DNA of 64,000 bases from an uncultured Clostridium sp. (GTDB lineage: Bacteria > Bacillota > Clostridia > TANB77 > CAG-508), in assembly GCA_947565445.1 (NCBI GenBank), contig CANOGC010000002.1:4631-68630 (forward strand), read 5' to 3'. A program made the translations under genes and the position numbers. Position 1 is the first letter of the stretch; every line of letters starts with the position of its first letter. Of this stretch, positions 10,854 to 24,181 are shown in pieces. The notes beneath the pieces are model-generated. The model was not told the DNA's origin, did no database searches, and saw nothing but the letters and a program-made list of their open reading frames with translations.

Positions 10854-12088
10854 GAAAATTGTAATATTAATTGCACGTTTTTTTATTAAAAAATTAAAAA
10901 TCATTAAAATTTAGTTTTTACGCTACTTTTTCTTCTTGATAATATTCCTCAGATGTCTTAAATTTCAATATCTTTCGTGGATAATTATTTATCCATTTTT
11001 CTATCCTTTTTACTTCTTCTTTCGTTATATTCTTAAAACTTGTTCCTTTTGGTAAAAATCTTCTTATCATTTTATTTATATTTTCGTTTGTTCCTCTTTG
11101 CCACGAACAGTAAGCATCTGCAAAATATTGACTTGTTCTTGCTTTTTTACTTCCTGTATATGATTTCTCTATTACCTTCCAATTTCTAAATTCTGACCCA
11201 TTGTCTGTTGTTATTGTTTTAAAGGTTTCTCTAAATTTTACTACTCCTAATCGTCTTTCTATTCTATCTAATGCTTTTCCTACATTTTCTGCCGATTTAT
11301 CTGGTATTAATTCTATTATTTCTTTTCTTGTCTTTCTTTCACTTAATACTAGTAAATATGGTTCTTTTTGTCCTTTTAATCCTTCTACTAAATCCATCTC
11401 CCAATGTCCTATTTCTTCTCTTGTTTTTATTTCTTCTGGTCTATCATGTATTGTTTTTCCTTCTTTATTTGGTTTTAAAAACTCTGATTCTTCCTTTTTA
11501 ATCTTTTCTTTTTTCTTATATTTTCCACATGTTAGGTCTTTTCTTTCTACTTCTAATATTTCTTTATCTATATAGTTATATATCGTCTTAAAACACAATG
11601 TCGTTTTAAATTTTGATTGCTTTATTTTATATTCCACTACTTCTGGCGAACTTTTTTCTTCTTTTATTTCTTTCTCAATAAAATTCGCTAGCTTCATATC
11701 ATTTCCTATTTTTAAATTTGTTCCTTTTGCTGTTTCATTTTCTTCATTCCTTCTTTGTGCTACTTCTGCACAATATTTCCATACTGGTAGATATGATGTT
11801 TCTAATTCTACTAATCCTAATTTTATATCCCTACTTATTGTTGTTCTATGTTTTCCTAATATATCGCCTATTTCTGTATAGTTTAAATGTTGATCATTAT
11901 ACAATGTTTCAATTTTTATTCTTTCTTTGTACGTTAATTGTTTAAATTCTCTTTTATTTGTGATATACTGTTCTTGACACATAATTAAAAACCTCCAATG
12001 TTTAGTATCGCAACTAACATTTTATTTGATTTTTAATTATGTGTCTATACTTTTATGTCTACAACGTGCAATTAATATTGCAATTTTC
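10854..12088 (-). mobile_element. IS30-family insertion sequence (about 1.23 kb) with 25-bp terminal inverted repeats (10854-10878 / 12064-12088, 24/25 match)
   Basis: IRs gaaaattgtaatattaattgcacgt / acgtgcaattaatattgcaattttc read directly. Encloses a single transposase ORF. Confidence 0.8.
10918..11982 (-). CDS. IS30-family transposase (DDE)
   Basis: Helix-turn-helix N-terminus. C-terminal TTDNGSEF...YFADAYCSWQRGTNENINKMIRRFLPKGTSF...YPRKILKFKT, the IS30 signature. Confidence 0.85.
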   Translation of the reverse strand: MCQEQYITNKREFKQLTYKERIKIETLYNDQHLNYTEIGDILGKHRTTISRDIKLGLVELETSYLPVWKYCAEVAQRRNEENETAKGTNLKIGNDMKLANFIEKEIKEEKSSPEVVEYKIKQSKFKTTLCFKTIYNYIDKEILEVERKDLTCGKYKKKEKIKKEESEFLKPNKEGKTIHDRPEEIKTREEIGHWEMDLVEGLKGQKEPYLLVLSERKTRKEIIELIPDKSAENVGKALDRIERRLGVVKFRETFKTITTDNGSEFRNWKVIEKSYTGSKKARTSQYFADAYCSWQRGTNENINKMIRRFLPKGTSFKNITKEEVKRIEKWINNYPRKILKFKTSEEYYQEEKVA

Positions 12089-12131
12089 AAATTTTATAAA
12101 ATTAGAGGAAAAAGTTTAAAATTACTAAATT

Positions 12132-12503
12132 ATGTGTTATACTATAAAGGAATTAGAGGTGATAGATATGCCCAATAATGTGCAAAAAATAATTAATGAC
12201 TTTTTAAAGAAAGTAGAAGCAGTATTAGGTAGTAGATTAAGAAAAATAATATTGTATGGTTCATATGCAAGAGGAGATTATAATAAAAGTTCAGATATTG
12301 ATATAATGATTTTAACAGATTTAAATAATGTAGAAATAGAGCAATACAGAAATACTATATCAGATATTGCATTTGACATCGAATTAGAAACAGGTTTTAT
12401 TATTTCTCCATTAATAAAAAATATTGAAAAGTATAATGATAGAATTGATGTAGTACCTTTTTATATGAATGTTAACAAGGAAGGAGTTATTTTGCATGGA
12501 TAA
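12132..12503 (+). CDS. Nucleotidyltransferase (MNT) antitoxin-like protein
   Basis: LYGSYARGDYNKSSDIDIMILTD minimal nucleotidyltransferase motif. Confidence 0.7.
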   Translation: MCYTIKELEVIDMPNNVQKIINDFLKKVEAVLGSRLRKIILYGSYARGDYNKSSDIDIMILTDLNNVEIEQYRNTISDIAFDIELETGFIISPLIKNIEKYNDRIDVVPFYMNVNKEGVILHG

Positions 12504-12903
12504 GAAAATTACAGTAAATAGTTTTTCAAAATATAGATTAGATAGAGCAAAACAAGAATATCAAGTAGCTAATTTATTATATAGAGAAAACCAACTATTA
12601 GCAGCTAACAACAGAGCTTATTACTCAATTTTTTATGCTATAAAAGCAGTATTAGCAATAGAGAAAAAAGACTTTAAAAAACATAAAGACGTAATAGCAT
12701 ATTTTAACAAAGAGTATGTTAGTACAGAAATTTTTCCTAAAAGAATTGGAAGAAAAATTTCTCAAGCAAAAACCATAAGAGAAGATAGCGATTATGATGA
12801 AGAATATGAGCCAAGTAGTGAAACAACAGCTTTACAAATTGAAACGGCTAAAGAGTTAATAGAATTAGTAGAGAAATATTTGAATGATTTGCAAAATAAA
12901 TAG
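12496..12903 (+). CDS. HEPN-domain protein (toxin partner of the MNT)
   Basis: Overlapping start (ATGGATAA) with the MNT gene. HEPN-like helical domain with a conserved R-x(4-6)-H-like region. Confidence 0.65.
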   Translation: MDKKITVNSFSKYRLDRAKQEYQVANLLYRENQLLAANNRAYYSIFYAIKAVLAIEKKDFKKHKDVIAYFNKEYVSTEIFPKRIGRKISQAKTIREDSDYDEEYEPSSETTALQIETAKELIELVEKYLNDLQNK

Positions 12904-12958
12904 TATAATAAATATATAAGGTAAATTTAAGAGTAAAGTTTGAAGCTTTACTCTTTTA

Positions 12959-15105
12959 TCATACCAACACATTCCACAAAAAAGTAGTACACATACAAAT
13001 AACAATACCACAAGCAGTAGGAAGAATAAATGATAAAACCGCCCATTTCCAGCTACCAGTTTCCTTTTTTATTGTAAGTAAAGTAGTACTACAAGGGAAA
13101 TGTAATAAAGTAAATATCATAACATTAATTGCAGTAAGTAAACTCCAACCATTTTGAACTAAAATATTTCCAATCGCATACGTATCATCAAGGTCTACTA
13201 AACTACCACTTGCCATATAACTCATAAGAATAATAGGAAGCACAATTTCATTAGCAGGAATACCTAAAATAAAAGCAGTCAAAATATATCCGTCTAATCC
13301 CATAAGTTTAGCAAAAGGATCTAAAAAGTTTGCAATATAAGTTAAAATACTAATACCACCAAAACTAATATTAGCAAATAACCAAATAACAATACCAATA
13401 GGAGCAGCAACAGCAATGGCTCTTCCAAGAACATATAAAGTTCTATCTAAAAGTGAACGAACAATAACCTTACCAATTTGAGGTTTCCTATAAGGAGGTA
13501 ATTCCAAAATAAAAGAAGAAGGAAAACCTTTCAAAATAGTTTTAGAAAGTATTTTAGAAATTGCCAAAGTAAGGTAAATACCAAGTAAAATTACTAATAG
13601 AACTACTAAAGTAGAAATTAGAGAAGCCCCAAATCCTGCAGAGATACTACCAATAAATATACTTGCAACAGTAATAAGAAAAGGAAACCTACCATTACAA
13701 GGAACAAAAGCATTAGTAATAATAGCAATTAAACGTTCGCGAGGAGAATCTATAATTCTACAACCAACAACACCGTGCAGCATTACAACCAAACCCCATG
13801 CACATGGTTAGTGCTTGCTTTCCTGTTGAGCAAGCTTTTTTAAAGTAGTTATCTAAATTAAACGCAATTCTAGGCAAATATCCTAAATCCTCTAAAATAG
13901 TAAAAAGGGGAAAGAAAATTGCCATAGGTGGTAGCATAACAGAGACTACCCAAGCTACAGTTTGAAACATGCCATCTACTAAAATACCAGTAAGCCATTT
14001 TGGTGAATGTATCCATTCGAAAAATATTATTAACTTTCCTTGTACAAAACCAAAAAAGTCAGAGAATAAAGAAGAAGGATAATTTGCCCCTGTAATTGTA
14101 AGCCAAAATATAAGTCCTAAAAAAAGTAGCATAATAGGAATACCAAACTTTTTAGAAGTAAGTATCTTATCTATTTTTTGGTCACGATTTAAGCAACTTG
14201 CTCTTTCATATGAAATAACATTATCACAAATATCCTCTGCTTTTAAAACAATACTAGAAACAACAGTATCTCTAAAATTTTCTTTATCAATATCATTTTC
14301 ATTTAAAATATCATTTGCTTCTTTTAGCTTTAACTCTAATTCTTCTTCTAAAAGTGAAATAGAAAAATTCCTTTCAATAGAAGATAAAATACATTCTTCA
14401 CCATCTAACAATTTTAAACTAACCCATCTAGAAAGAGTTGCTTCATTTTCTGGAAGCATTTTTTCTACATTAGGTTGTAATATGTTAATACACTTTTCAA
14501 TAATTTCATTATAATTTACAAGATTAGGTTTACAAACAATTTTGTTAGAAGCTACTTTTATAATAGTAGATAGTAGTTTATCTAAAGTTTTCTTTTTCCT
14601 TGCAATTGTTCCAACAACAGGAACACCAAGTAAAGAAGAAAGCTTATCTAAGTCTACATTAATATGTTTCTTTTTTGATTCATCTAACAAATTAACACAA
14701 ACAACAACTTTATTAGTAATTTCTAAAGTTTGAAATACAAGATTCAAATTTTTTTCCATACAAGTAGCATCCAAAATAATAACAGTAGTATCTGGATGAC
14801 CAAAACATATATAATCTCTCGCGATTTCTTCTTCTTGTGAATTTGACATGATAGAATAAGTACCAGGAATATCTACAAATAGTAGATTTTTTCCATTATG
14901 TAAGCAAGTACCACAAGCGTTACTAACAGTTTTTCCGTGGCCAGTTTCCAGTATGTTGATGAAGACCTGTTAAAGCATTAAAAATCGTACTTTTTCCAAC
15001 ATTAGGATTACCTGCCAAGGCAATAGTATAATCACACGATTTTTGTAGTGCAATCATATCATTCTCTAATAAATTTGCTCCACAAGAGCTGGCTGTAAGC
15101 CCCAT
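12959..15105 (-). CDS. feoB: Ferrous iron transporter FeoB (G domain + membrane domain). Continuous with +1 shifts at in-frame CGG (plus-strand CCG 14935-14937 and 13773-13775).
   Basis: [20 protein letters not shown]...GNWP[G][35 protein letters not shown]... and ...CMGFGCNAA[G][20 protein letters not shown]. Both junctions are N-CGG-N where FeoB homologs have Gly. Confidence 0.75.
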
Positions 15106-15126
15106 ATTATCACTCCTTATATAAAA

Positions 15127-15162
15127 TGTAGGGGCGATTATTAATCGCCCGCATGGCGAAGC
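15127..15162. repeat. REP-like GC-rich palindromic repeat, copy 2 (between feoA and feoB)
   Basis: TGTAGGGGCGATTATTAATCGCCCGCATGGCGAAGC. Confidence 0.65.
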
Positions 15163-15167
15163 TATTT

Positions 15168-15398
15168 CTATACATTAACTACAATTAAATTAGCATCTTC
15201 TTTTCTTAATGCTATTACACTACCACGAATAATAAAAGCAGTAGGATCACCAGATGGACTTTTTAAAATAGGAACAATGGGTGTTCCTTTTACAATTCCT
15301 AAATCTAAAAGCCTTCTTCTAATAGCACCTTTACAATTTAAAACTTCTACTTTACCATAAGTTCCAAGTGGTAAATTATCTAAATGTGTTTTAACCAT
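15168..15398 (-). CDS. feoA: Ferrous iron transport protein FeoA
   Basis: 76-aa SH3-like FeoA ([27 protein letters not shown]...[13 protein letters not shown]), upstream of feoB. Confidence 0.8.
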   Translation of the reverse strand: MVKTHLDNLPLGTYGKVEVLNCKGAIRRRLLDLGIVKGTPIVPILKSPSGDPTAFIIRGSVIALRKEDANLIVVNV

Positions 15399-15530
15399 AT
15401 CATAAGTACCTCCGTAAAACGTAAAATGTGTCTAATATAGTATATAAATAAAACTAATAATTGGTTACTAAATATTGACAATCGACTTATTTCGTCATAT
15501 GATAAAGAAAAATAAAAAAGAGGTGTGTTT

Positions 15531-16832
15531 ATGAAAAAATGTTTATTATTAGGAAATGGTGGAAGAGAAGCAGTAATTGCAGAATTTATTAGTAAAGGAT
15601 ATTCTTTATATAGTGTATTACCATATGAAAACCCATCTATAGTAGAAGCTATAGAAAAATCTAATGGAAAATATATTGTAGGTTCTCCTTTTGATAAAGA
15701 ATTAGTTGCAAACTTTATCAAAGAAGAAGAAATTGAAGCATGTGTAGTAAGTAGTGATAATCTATTACAAGATGGATTAATCGATCTTGCTAAAAGTCTT
15801 GGTCTAAAAGTATTTGGACCAACAAGCAAAGGTGCTAAAATCGAATGGAGCAAAACATATGCCTTAGATATCGTAAAAGAATTAAGACCAGAAATGGTAA
15901 TTAAGAATTTCTGTATTCAAAATGAAAATGAATTAGAAGAGGCAATTAAAAACTATAATGATGATGAATTTGTAGTAAAACCAGAAGGTCTAACAGGTGG
16001 AAAAGGTGTAAAAGTAGGAGGAATTCATTTTAAAGGAAAAGCCGAAGGATATGAATATGCAAAAACATGCCTAAACGATAGTGGAAAAGTTATCATTCAA
16101 GATAAGGTAGAAGGAGAAGAATTCACTGTTATGGCTCTTACAGATGGAGAGCATATAGTAGTAACACCAATTACATTTGATTATCCATATCGTTATGAAA
16201 ATGATAAAGGCCCTGGAACTGGTGGTATGGGATGCATGAGTTTTGCAAATGGTCTATTACCATTTTTAGATAAATCAGATGTGGAAAAATGTGCTAGCCT
16301 AATAAAAGATACAATTAACTACATAAATAAAGATTCTAAAGAATTTACAGGAGTTATTTATGGTGGATTTTTCAAATGTAAAGATGGAATTAGATTTATA
16401 GAATTTAATGCAAGGTTTGGAGATCCAGAAGCAATAAATGTTTTAAATGCATTAGAGACATCGTTTACAGAAGTAATGGAGCATATATTTAATGGAGATT
16501 TATCAAACGGAAATTGTAAGTTTTCAGATAATTGTACTTTTACAGTATATATGGTAAGTAAAGAATATGCAGTAAGTAAAGCGAAAGAACCATGTGTATT
16601 TAAGCTAGATACAAAAGCTATAAAAGATGCAGGTTTAAAATTATATTTTGCAAATTCAAAACAAGTAGGAGAAGATACATACACATCTGTTAGCACATCA
16701 AGGTTATTTGCAATTTCATCAGTAGGAAAAGATTTAGAAGAATTAAAGAAAAAAGTATACAACGTAATAGAAAAGGCAGTAGATAAAAATTTAGATTATA
16801 GAAAAGATATTGGGAACATATATGTTCATTAG
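15531..16832 (+). CDS. purD: Phosphoribosylamine--glycine ligase (PurD-like, ATP-grasp)
   Basis: LLLGNGGREAVIAE N-terminus, ATP-grasp core, FIEFNARFGDPEA. Start chosen at ATG 15531 after RBS agaggtg. Confidence 0.7.
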   Translation: MKKCLLLGNGGREAVIAEFISKGYSLYSVLPYENPSIVEAIEKSNGKYIVGSPFDKELVANFIKEEEIEACVVSSDNLLQDGLIDLAKSLGLKVFGPTSKGAKIEWSKTYALDIVKELRPEMVIKNFCIQNENELEEAIKNYNDDEFVVKPEGLTGGKGVKVGGIHFKGKAEGYEYAKTCLNDSGKVIIQDKVEGEEFTVMALTDGEHIVVTPITFDYPYRYENDKGPGTGGMGCMSFANGLLPFLDKSDVEKCASLIKDTINYINKDSKEFTGVIYGGFFKCKDGIRFIEFNARFGDPEAINVLNALETSFTEVMEHIFNGDLSNGNCKFSDNCTFTVYMVSKEYAVSKAKEPCVFKLDTKAIKDAGLKLYFANSKQVGEDTYTSVSTSRLFAISSVGKDLEELKKKVYNVIEKAVDKNLDYRKDIGNIYVH

Positions 16833-16879
16833 AAACTATAAAACAACAAAAATCCAGCTAAATAATAGCTGGATTTTTG

Positions 16880-17447
16880 TTAACTATTGGCCATTTTTTG
16901 TAATTCTTCTACTAACTGTATTTTTTCTACCTTTTGTACTTTAGCAGATAGAGTTTCGGCAGTATCAGTAGGTTCTACTTTTACTTTAGTTTGCCTTATA
17001 ATATTTCCTTTATCATATTCATTATTTACATAGTGTAAAGTAACACCACTATATTCTTCATGAGCATCTATTACTGCCTTATGTACATTCATTCCATGCA
17101 TACCCTTTCCACCATACTTTGGAAGTAGCGAAGGATGAGTATTAATAATAGTATAATTATCTAACAAATTTTTTCCAATCATTCTTAAAAATCCTGCAAG
17201 TAAAATTAGGTCAATTTTATAATCTTTCAATTTTTCAAACAACTCTTCATCTGTTTCGCAAGTTTCCTTACTCTTAATAACATAAGTATCAATTCCTGCA
17301 TCTTTTGCTCTCTGTAAAGCATATGCATTAGGATTATTAGATACAACAAGAGGTATGCTAGCAGCTAATGTTTTATTTTGTATAGCATCAATTACACTTT
17401 GTAAAGTAGTTCCACTTCCGTGAAGCAAAAACAACAATATTATACAT
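16880..17447 (-). CDS. purN: Phosphoribosylglycinamide formyltransferase PurN. True start MYNIVVFAS, continuous with a +1 shift at in-frame CGG (plus CCG 17418-17420).
   Basis: RBS aaaggag + ATG (rc 17447). MYNIVVFAS[G]SGTTLQSVIDAI...NTHPSLLPKYGGKGMHG. The 230-aa ORF in the track is an artefactual extension into the upstream repeat. Confidence 0.75.
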
Positions 17448-17474
17448 AAGACCACTCCTTTTATACTCATATTT

Positions 17475-17617
17475 AAGGAAATAGTATATAAATATCCACG
17501 AACCGTCGCCATTCCCCAATGAAACTGTACAAAATGTGTAAACACATTTTGACGGTTTCTATTGGTCCCCACTTATGGCTCCGAGATTCTTCGTGGGTAT
17601 TTATATACTATTTCCTT
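17475..17617 (+). repeat. Structured intergenic element, family 2, copy 1 (28-bp complementary arms + conserved about 87-nt core)
   Basis: Core ccgtcgccattccccaatgaaactgtacaaaatgtgtaaacacattttgacggtttctattggtccccacttatggctccgagattc flanked by aaggaaatagtatataaatatccacgaa / ttcgtgggtatttatatactatttcctt. Confidence 0.7.
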
Positions 17618-17743
17618 AACAATAATCTAAGTATATCAAAAAGCAAATTTTTTTACAATAGAGACTATACATTTTACAAAAAATCCGATATAATAAAAAT
17701 AGACGTTAAAATTCGGCAAAATTCTACGTAAAGGAGAATAAAT

Positions 17744-19162
17744 ATGTTTCGCAAATTAAAAGAAGAATGTGGAATATTTGGTATATATTCTATGGAAAAT
17801 GAAGCAGAATTAGCAAGCATCACTTGTGCAGGGCTTTCAAGCTTACAACATAGAGGAGAAGAGGCATGTGGAATTGCAGTAAATAGTGGAGGAGTAGTTT
17901 CATATCATAAAGACGTAGGGCTTGTTTCAAGTGTATTTAAACCACATATAGTAGATAGCTTACCAAAAGGAAAAATATCAATTGGGCATGTTCGTTATTC
18001 AACAACAGGAGCACCTAAAAAAGAAAATGCACAACCAATTGTTACAAGATATGCAAAAGGAAATTTAAGTATTGTACATAATGGAAACCTTGTAAATGCA
18101 ATGGATTTAAAAGAAGAACTACAAAATGCAGGAGCCATTTTTAATTCAACAAGTGATACAGAAGTTATAGCATACCTAATTGCAAGAGAAAGGCTAAAGA
18201 CTCATTCAGTAGAAGAAGCAATTAAAAATGCAGTAAAATACATAAAAGGAGCATACTCATTATTAGTAATGTCATCTAAAAAACTAATTGCTCTAAGAGA
18301 TCCACAAGGATTTAGACCATTGTGTATGGGTAAACTTGGAGATGATATTGTTTTTGCATCAGAAAGTTGTGCACTAGATACTATTGGTGCAGAATTTGTA
18401 AGAGATATTGAACCAGGAGAAATGGTAATTGTAACTGATAATAAAGTAACATCTACATTCTATAGTAATGAAAAAAATGATGGATTATGTATTTTTGAAT
18501 ATATATATTTAGCAAGACCAGATTCAACAATAGATGGATTAAATGTTCATAAATTTAGAAAAGAAGTAGGAAAATACTTAGCTCGTCAAGCACCAGTAGA
18601 TGCAGATATTGTAGCAGGTGTTCCAGACTCTGGAAATGATGCGGCACTTGGATATTCAAAAGAATCTAAAATACCATATGACATGGTATTTATAAAAAGT
18701 AAATACATAGGAAGAACATTTATCCTTCCAACACAAGCACAAAGAAAAGCAAAAGTAGCACTAAAATTAAACCCAATTAAAGAAAATGTAAAAGACAGAA
18801 AAATAGTATTAGTAGATGATTCTATTGTTAGAGGAACTACTATTACCAGAATTGTTCAAACATTAAAAAAAGCAGGAGCAAAGGAAGTACATTTACGTAT
18901 TGCTTCACCTGCATATACAGATATTTGTTATTTTGGAACTGATGTCGCAGACAAAAAGAGTTTAATTGCAAATAATAAAACAGTAGAACAAATAAGACAG
19001 GAAATAGGAGCAGACTCACTAGAATATTTGAGCATGGAAAGTTTATTAGAAATTGCAAAAAAATCAAAAAGAGGTGGATTTTGCACAGGATGTTTTACTG
19101 GAAAATATCCAATAGATGTGCCAGATGAAATACAAAAAGAAAGATTTGAAAAAATATTTTAA
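17744..19162 (+). CDS. purF: Amidophosphoribosyltransferase PurF
   Basis: CGIFGIY Ntn nucleophile, PRTase motif VLVDDSIVRGTT, C-terminal Cys cluster CTGCFTGKYP. Confidence 0.9.
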   Translation: MFRKLKEECGIFGIYSMENEAELASITCAGLSSLQHRGEEACGIAVNSGGVVSYHKDVGLVSSVFKPHIVDSLPKGKISIGHVRYSTTGAPKKENAQPIVTRYAKGNLSIVHNGNLVNAMDLKEELQNAGAIFNSTSDTEVIAYLIARERLKTHSVEEAIKNAVKYIKGAYSLLVMSSKKLIALRDPQGFRPLCMGKLGDDIVFASESCALDTIGAEFVRDIEPGEMVIVTDNKVTSTFYSNEKNDGLCIFEYIYLARPDSTIDGLNVHKFRKEVGKYLARQAPVDADIVAGVPDSGNDAALGYSKESKIPYDMVFIKSKYIGRTFILPTQAQRKAKVALKLNPIKENVKDRKIVLVDDSIVRGTTITRIVQTLKKAGAKEVHLRIASPAYTDICYFGTDVADKKSLIANNKTVEQIRQEIGADSLEYLSMESLLEIAKKSKRGGFCTGCFTGKYPIDVPDEIQKERFEKIF

Positions 19163-20779
<1,617 letters not shown>

Positions 20780-20823
20780 GAATAAAATTATAAGAGCATT
20801 CATAAAATTAAAAAAATGCTCTT

Positions 20824-20888
20824 TTTTGTACTGTAGGAATTTCTAAAATTTTTTACGGTTTCTACCGCTTAAAAGTTCTTAAATTAGG
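20824..20888 (+). repeat. Family-3 intergenic element, copy 1 (tactgtaggaatttct ... ttacggtttctaccgcttaaaagttcttaaatt)
   Basis: Shares both ends with the element at 23446-23558. Confidence 0.5.
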
Positions 20889-20924
20889 TTTTTGTGAAAT
20901 TTATGTGAAATTTAGCAAACAGTA

Positions 20925-20981
20925 TTGACAATTGCTAATAAAAGGTATAAATTATTAGCAATCAAACAAAAAGAGTGCTAA
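20925..20981 (+). promoter_or_regulatory. groESL promoter (TTGACA ... TATAAA) followed by CIRCE / HrcA operator TTAGCAATC-N9-GAGTGCTAA (20955-20981)
   Basis: Near-consensus CIRCE inverted repeat read directly, immediately upstream of groES. Confidence 0.8.
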
Positions 20982-21030
20982 TAACAATTTATGTTATAAA
21001 CATTCCAAATTTTTTAAGGAGGTAATATAG

Positions 21031-23053
<2,023 letters not shown>

Positions 23054-23075
23054 GCTAGAAACTAGATATTAGAAA

Positions 23076-23106
23076 ATAGAGCAATTTTTTGAATTGCTCT
23101 ATTTTT
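23076..23106 (+). terminator. groEL rho-independent terminator
   Basis: atagagcaattttttgaattgctctattttt. Confidence 0.7.
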
Positions 23107-23140
23107 GTAGGGGCGATTTTAATCGCCCGCATGGCAAAGC
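23106..23140. repeat. REP-like GC-rich palindromic repeat, copy 3
   Basis: TGTAGGGGCGATTTTAATCGCCCGCATGGCAAAGC. Bracketed by inverted repeat ctagatattagaa / ttctaatatctag. Confidence 0.65.
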
Positions 23141-23154
23141 TTCTAATATCTAGC

Positions 23155-23298
23155 CTAGCAACATCCGCCACAACCTCCGCCGAAGCCGTTACCACCGCAA
23201 CAGCAGCAAAGTACTAATATAATTACTATAATCCAAATGCAGTTGTCTCCACCGAAACCACAGCCACATCCACATCCGCAACCTCTATTCTCTGGCAT
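23155..23298 (-). CDS. Small Cys/Gly-rich membrane peptide (47 aa), YjcZ-like sporulation-type micro-protein. Not in the ORF track.
   Basis: MPENRGCGCGCGCGFGGDNCIWIIVIILVLCCCCGGNGFGGGCGGCC with strong RBS aaagggggg. Paralog at 52242..52400. Confidence 0.5.
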   Translation of the reverse strand: MPENRGCGCGCGCGFGGDNCIWIIVIILVLCCCCGGNGFGGGCGGCC

Positions 23299-23445
23299 AA
23301 ATATTCCCCCCTTTCAAATTAACTAATGTACTTATCTGTTTTAAGGGCAAGAAAACTTTTAAATCTCCCTATAAAGAACGTAAGCTTTTTGTTCTTTAGT
23401 ATGATATATACTATTCTAATAACAAAAAAAGTGTTACAAAATTTT

Positions 23446-23558
23446 TTATACTGTAGGAATTTTCTCCCTGTGGGAGGAAAGCTCTGTACAGTATAAATAT
23501 GCAAATTTCTAGAATTTCTTTGCGGTTACCACCGCTTAAAAATTTTTAAATTTGTTTT
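23446..23558 (+). repeat. Family-3 intergenic element, copy 2, with a roughly 50-bp internal hairpin insertion
   Basis: tactgtaggaattttct...tgcggttaccaccgcttaaaaatttttaaattt. Internal dyads ctccc-tgtg-ggag and atactgta/tacagtat. Confidence 0.5.
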
Positions 23559-23627
23559 AAAAAGTACTTGAATAGGAATTTAAGATATGTTAATATACCT
23601 ATATGGCAAATGAAGGAGGTGAAAAAT

Positions 23628-23975
23628 ATGGATGAAAAGTTAGCTGAAAAAATATTAAATAAGTTTGATTTATTATCAGAAAGATTTGATTCACTACAAA
23701 CAAATATAATGGGGGAAATTAATGAATTAAAGGCAAATCAAATAGTAATGCAAAATGAGATTAGTGACTTAAAAACAGGGCAATCTATAATGCAAGATGA
23801 AATTAAAGGCATAAAAAGGGGACAAACTGTAATATTACGCAGTGTTACACAAATGAAAAAAGATATAATTGGACTAAAACATACTGTAAGACACCTTGAT
23901 GAAAGAATAGATGCAGTTTTAATGGATGTAGAAACAATAGATGAAAAAACTGAAAGTTTAAAAATGGTTCAATAA
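23628..23975 (+). CDS. Hypothetical coiled-coil protein (115 aa; heptad repeats, Q/N-rich)
   Basis: RBS aaggaggtg + ATG 23628. No recognisable domain. Confidence 0.45.
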   Translation: MDEKLAEKILNKFDLLSERFDSLQTNIMGEINELKANQIVMQNEISDLKTGQSIMQDEIKGIKRGQTVILRSVTQMKKDIIGLKHTVRHLDERIDAVLMDVETIDEKTESLKMVQ

Positions 23976-24181
23976 TTTAGAAATCAAAATAGCTAAAAAC
24001 GACTAAGGGGGTTCGTTTTTTAGTTCATATATGAATTTACTATTAGTAAATCTATTCAATATAAAATTCAAAAAAATTAATTCTAAAAATTCACGAAATT
24101 ATTACAAAAAACTATACAAAAAAATAATAATAAATGATATAATCCATAAAAGAAAGAGATAGAAAGAAGAGGAACTTTTAT

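Noticed and set aside
11201-11945. Several Leu/Phe-rich ORFs on the plus strand inside the IS30 element
   Set aside because: Antisense to the transposase gene. Poly-Leu/Phe composition from the AT-rich complement. No start context.
23155-23310. Possible CRISPR-like or simple repeat (tgc gga tgt gga tgt ggc tgt) in the Cys/Gly peptide genes
   Set aside because: The periodicity is codon repetition (Cys-Gly)n inside small ORFs with RBS, not a spacer-repeat array. No cas genes are present.
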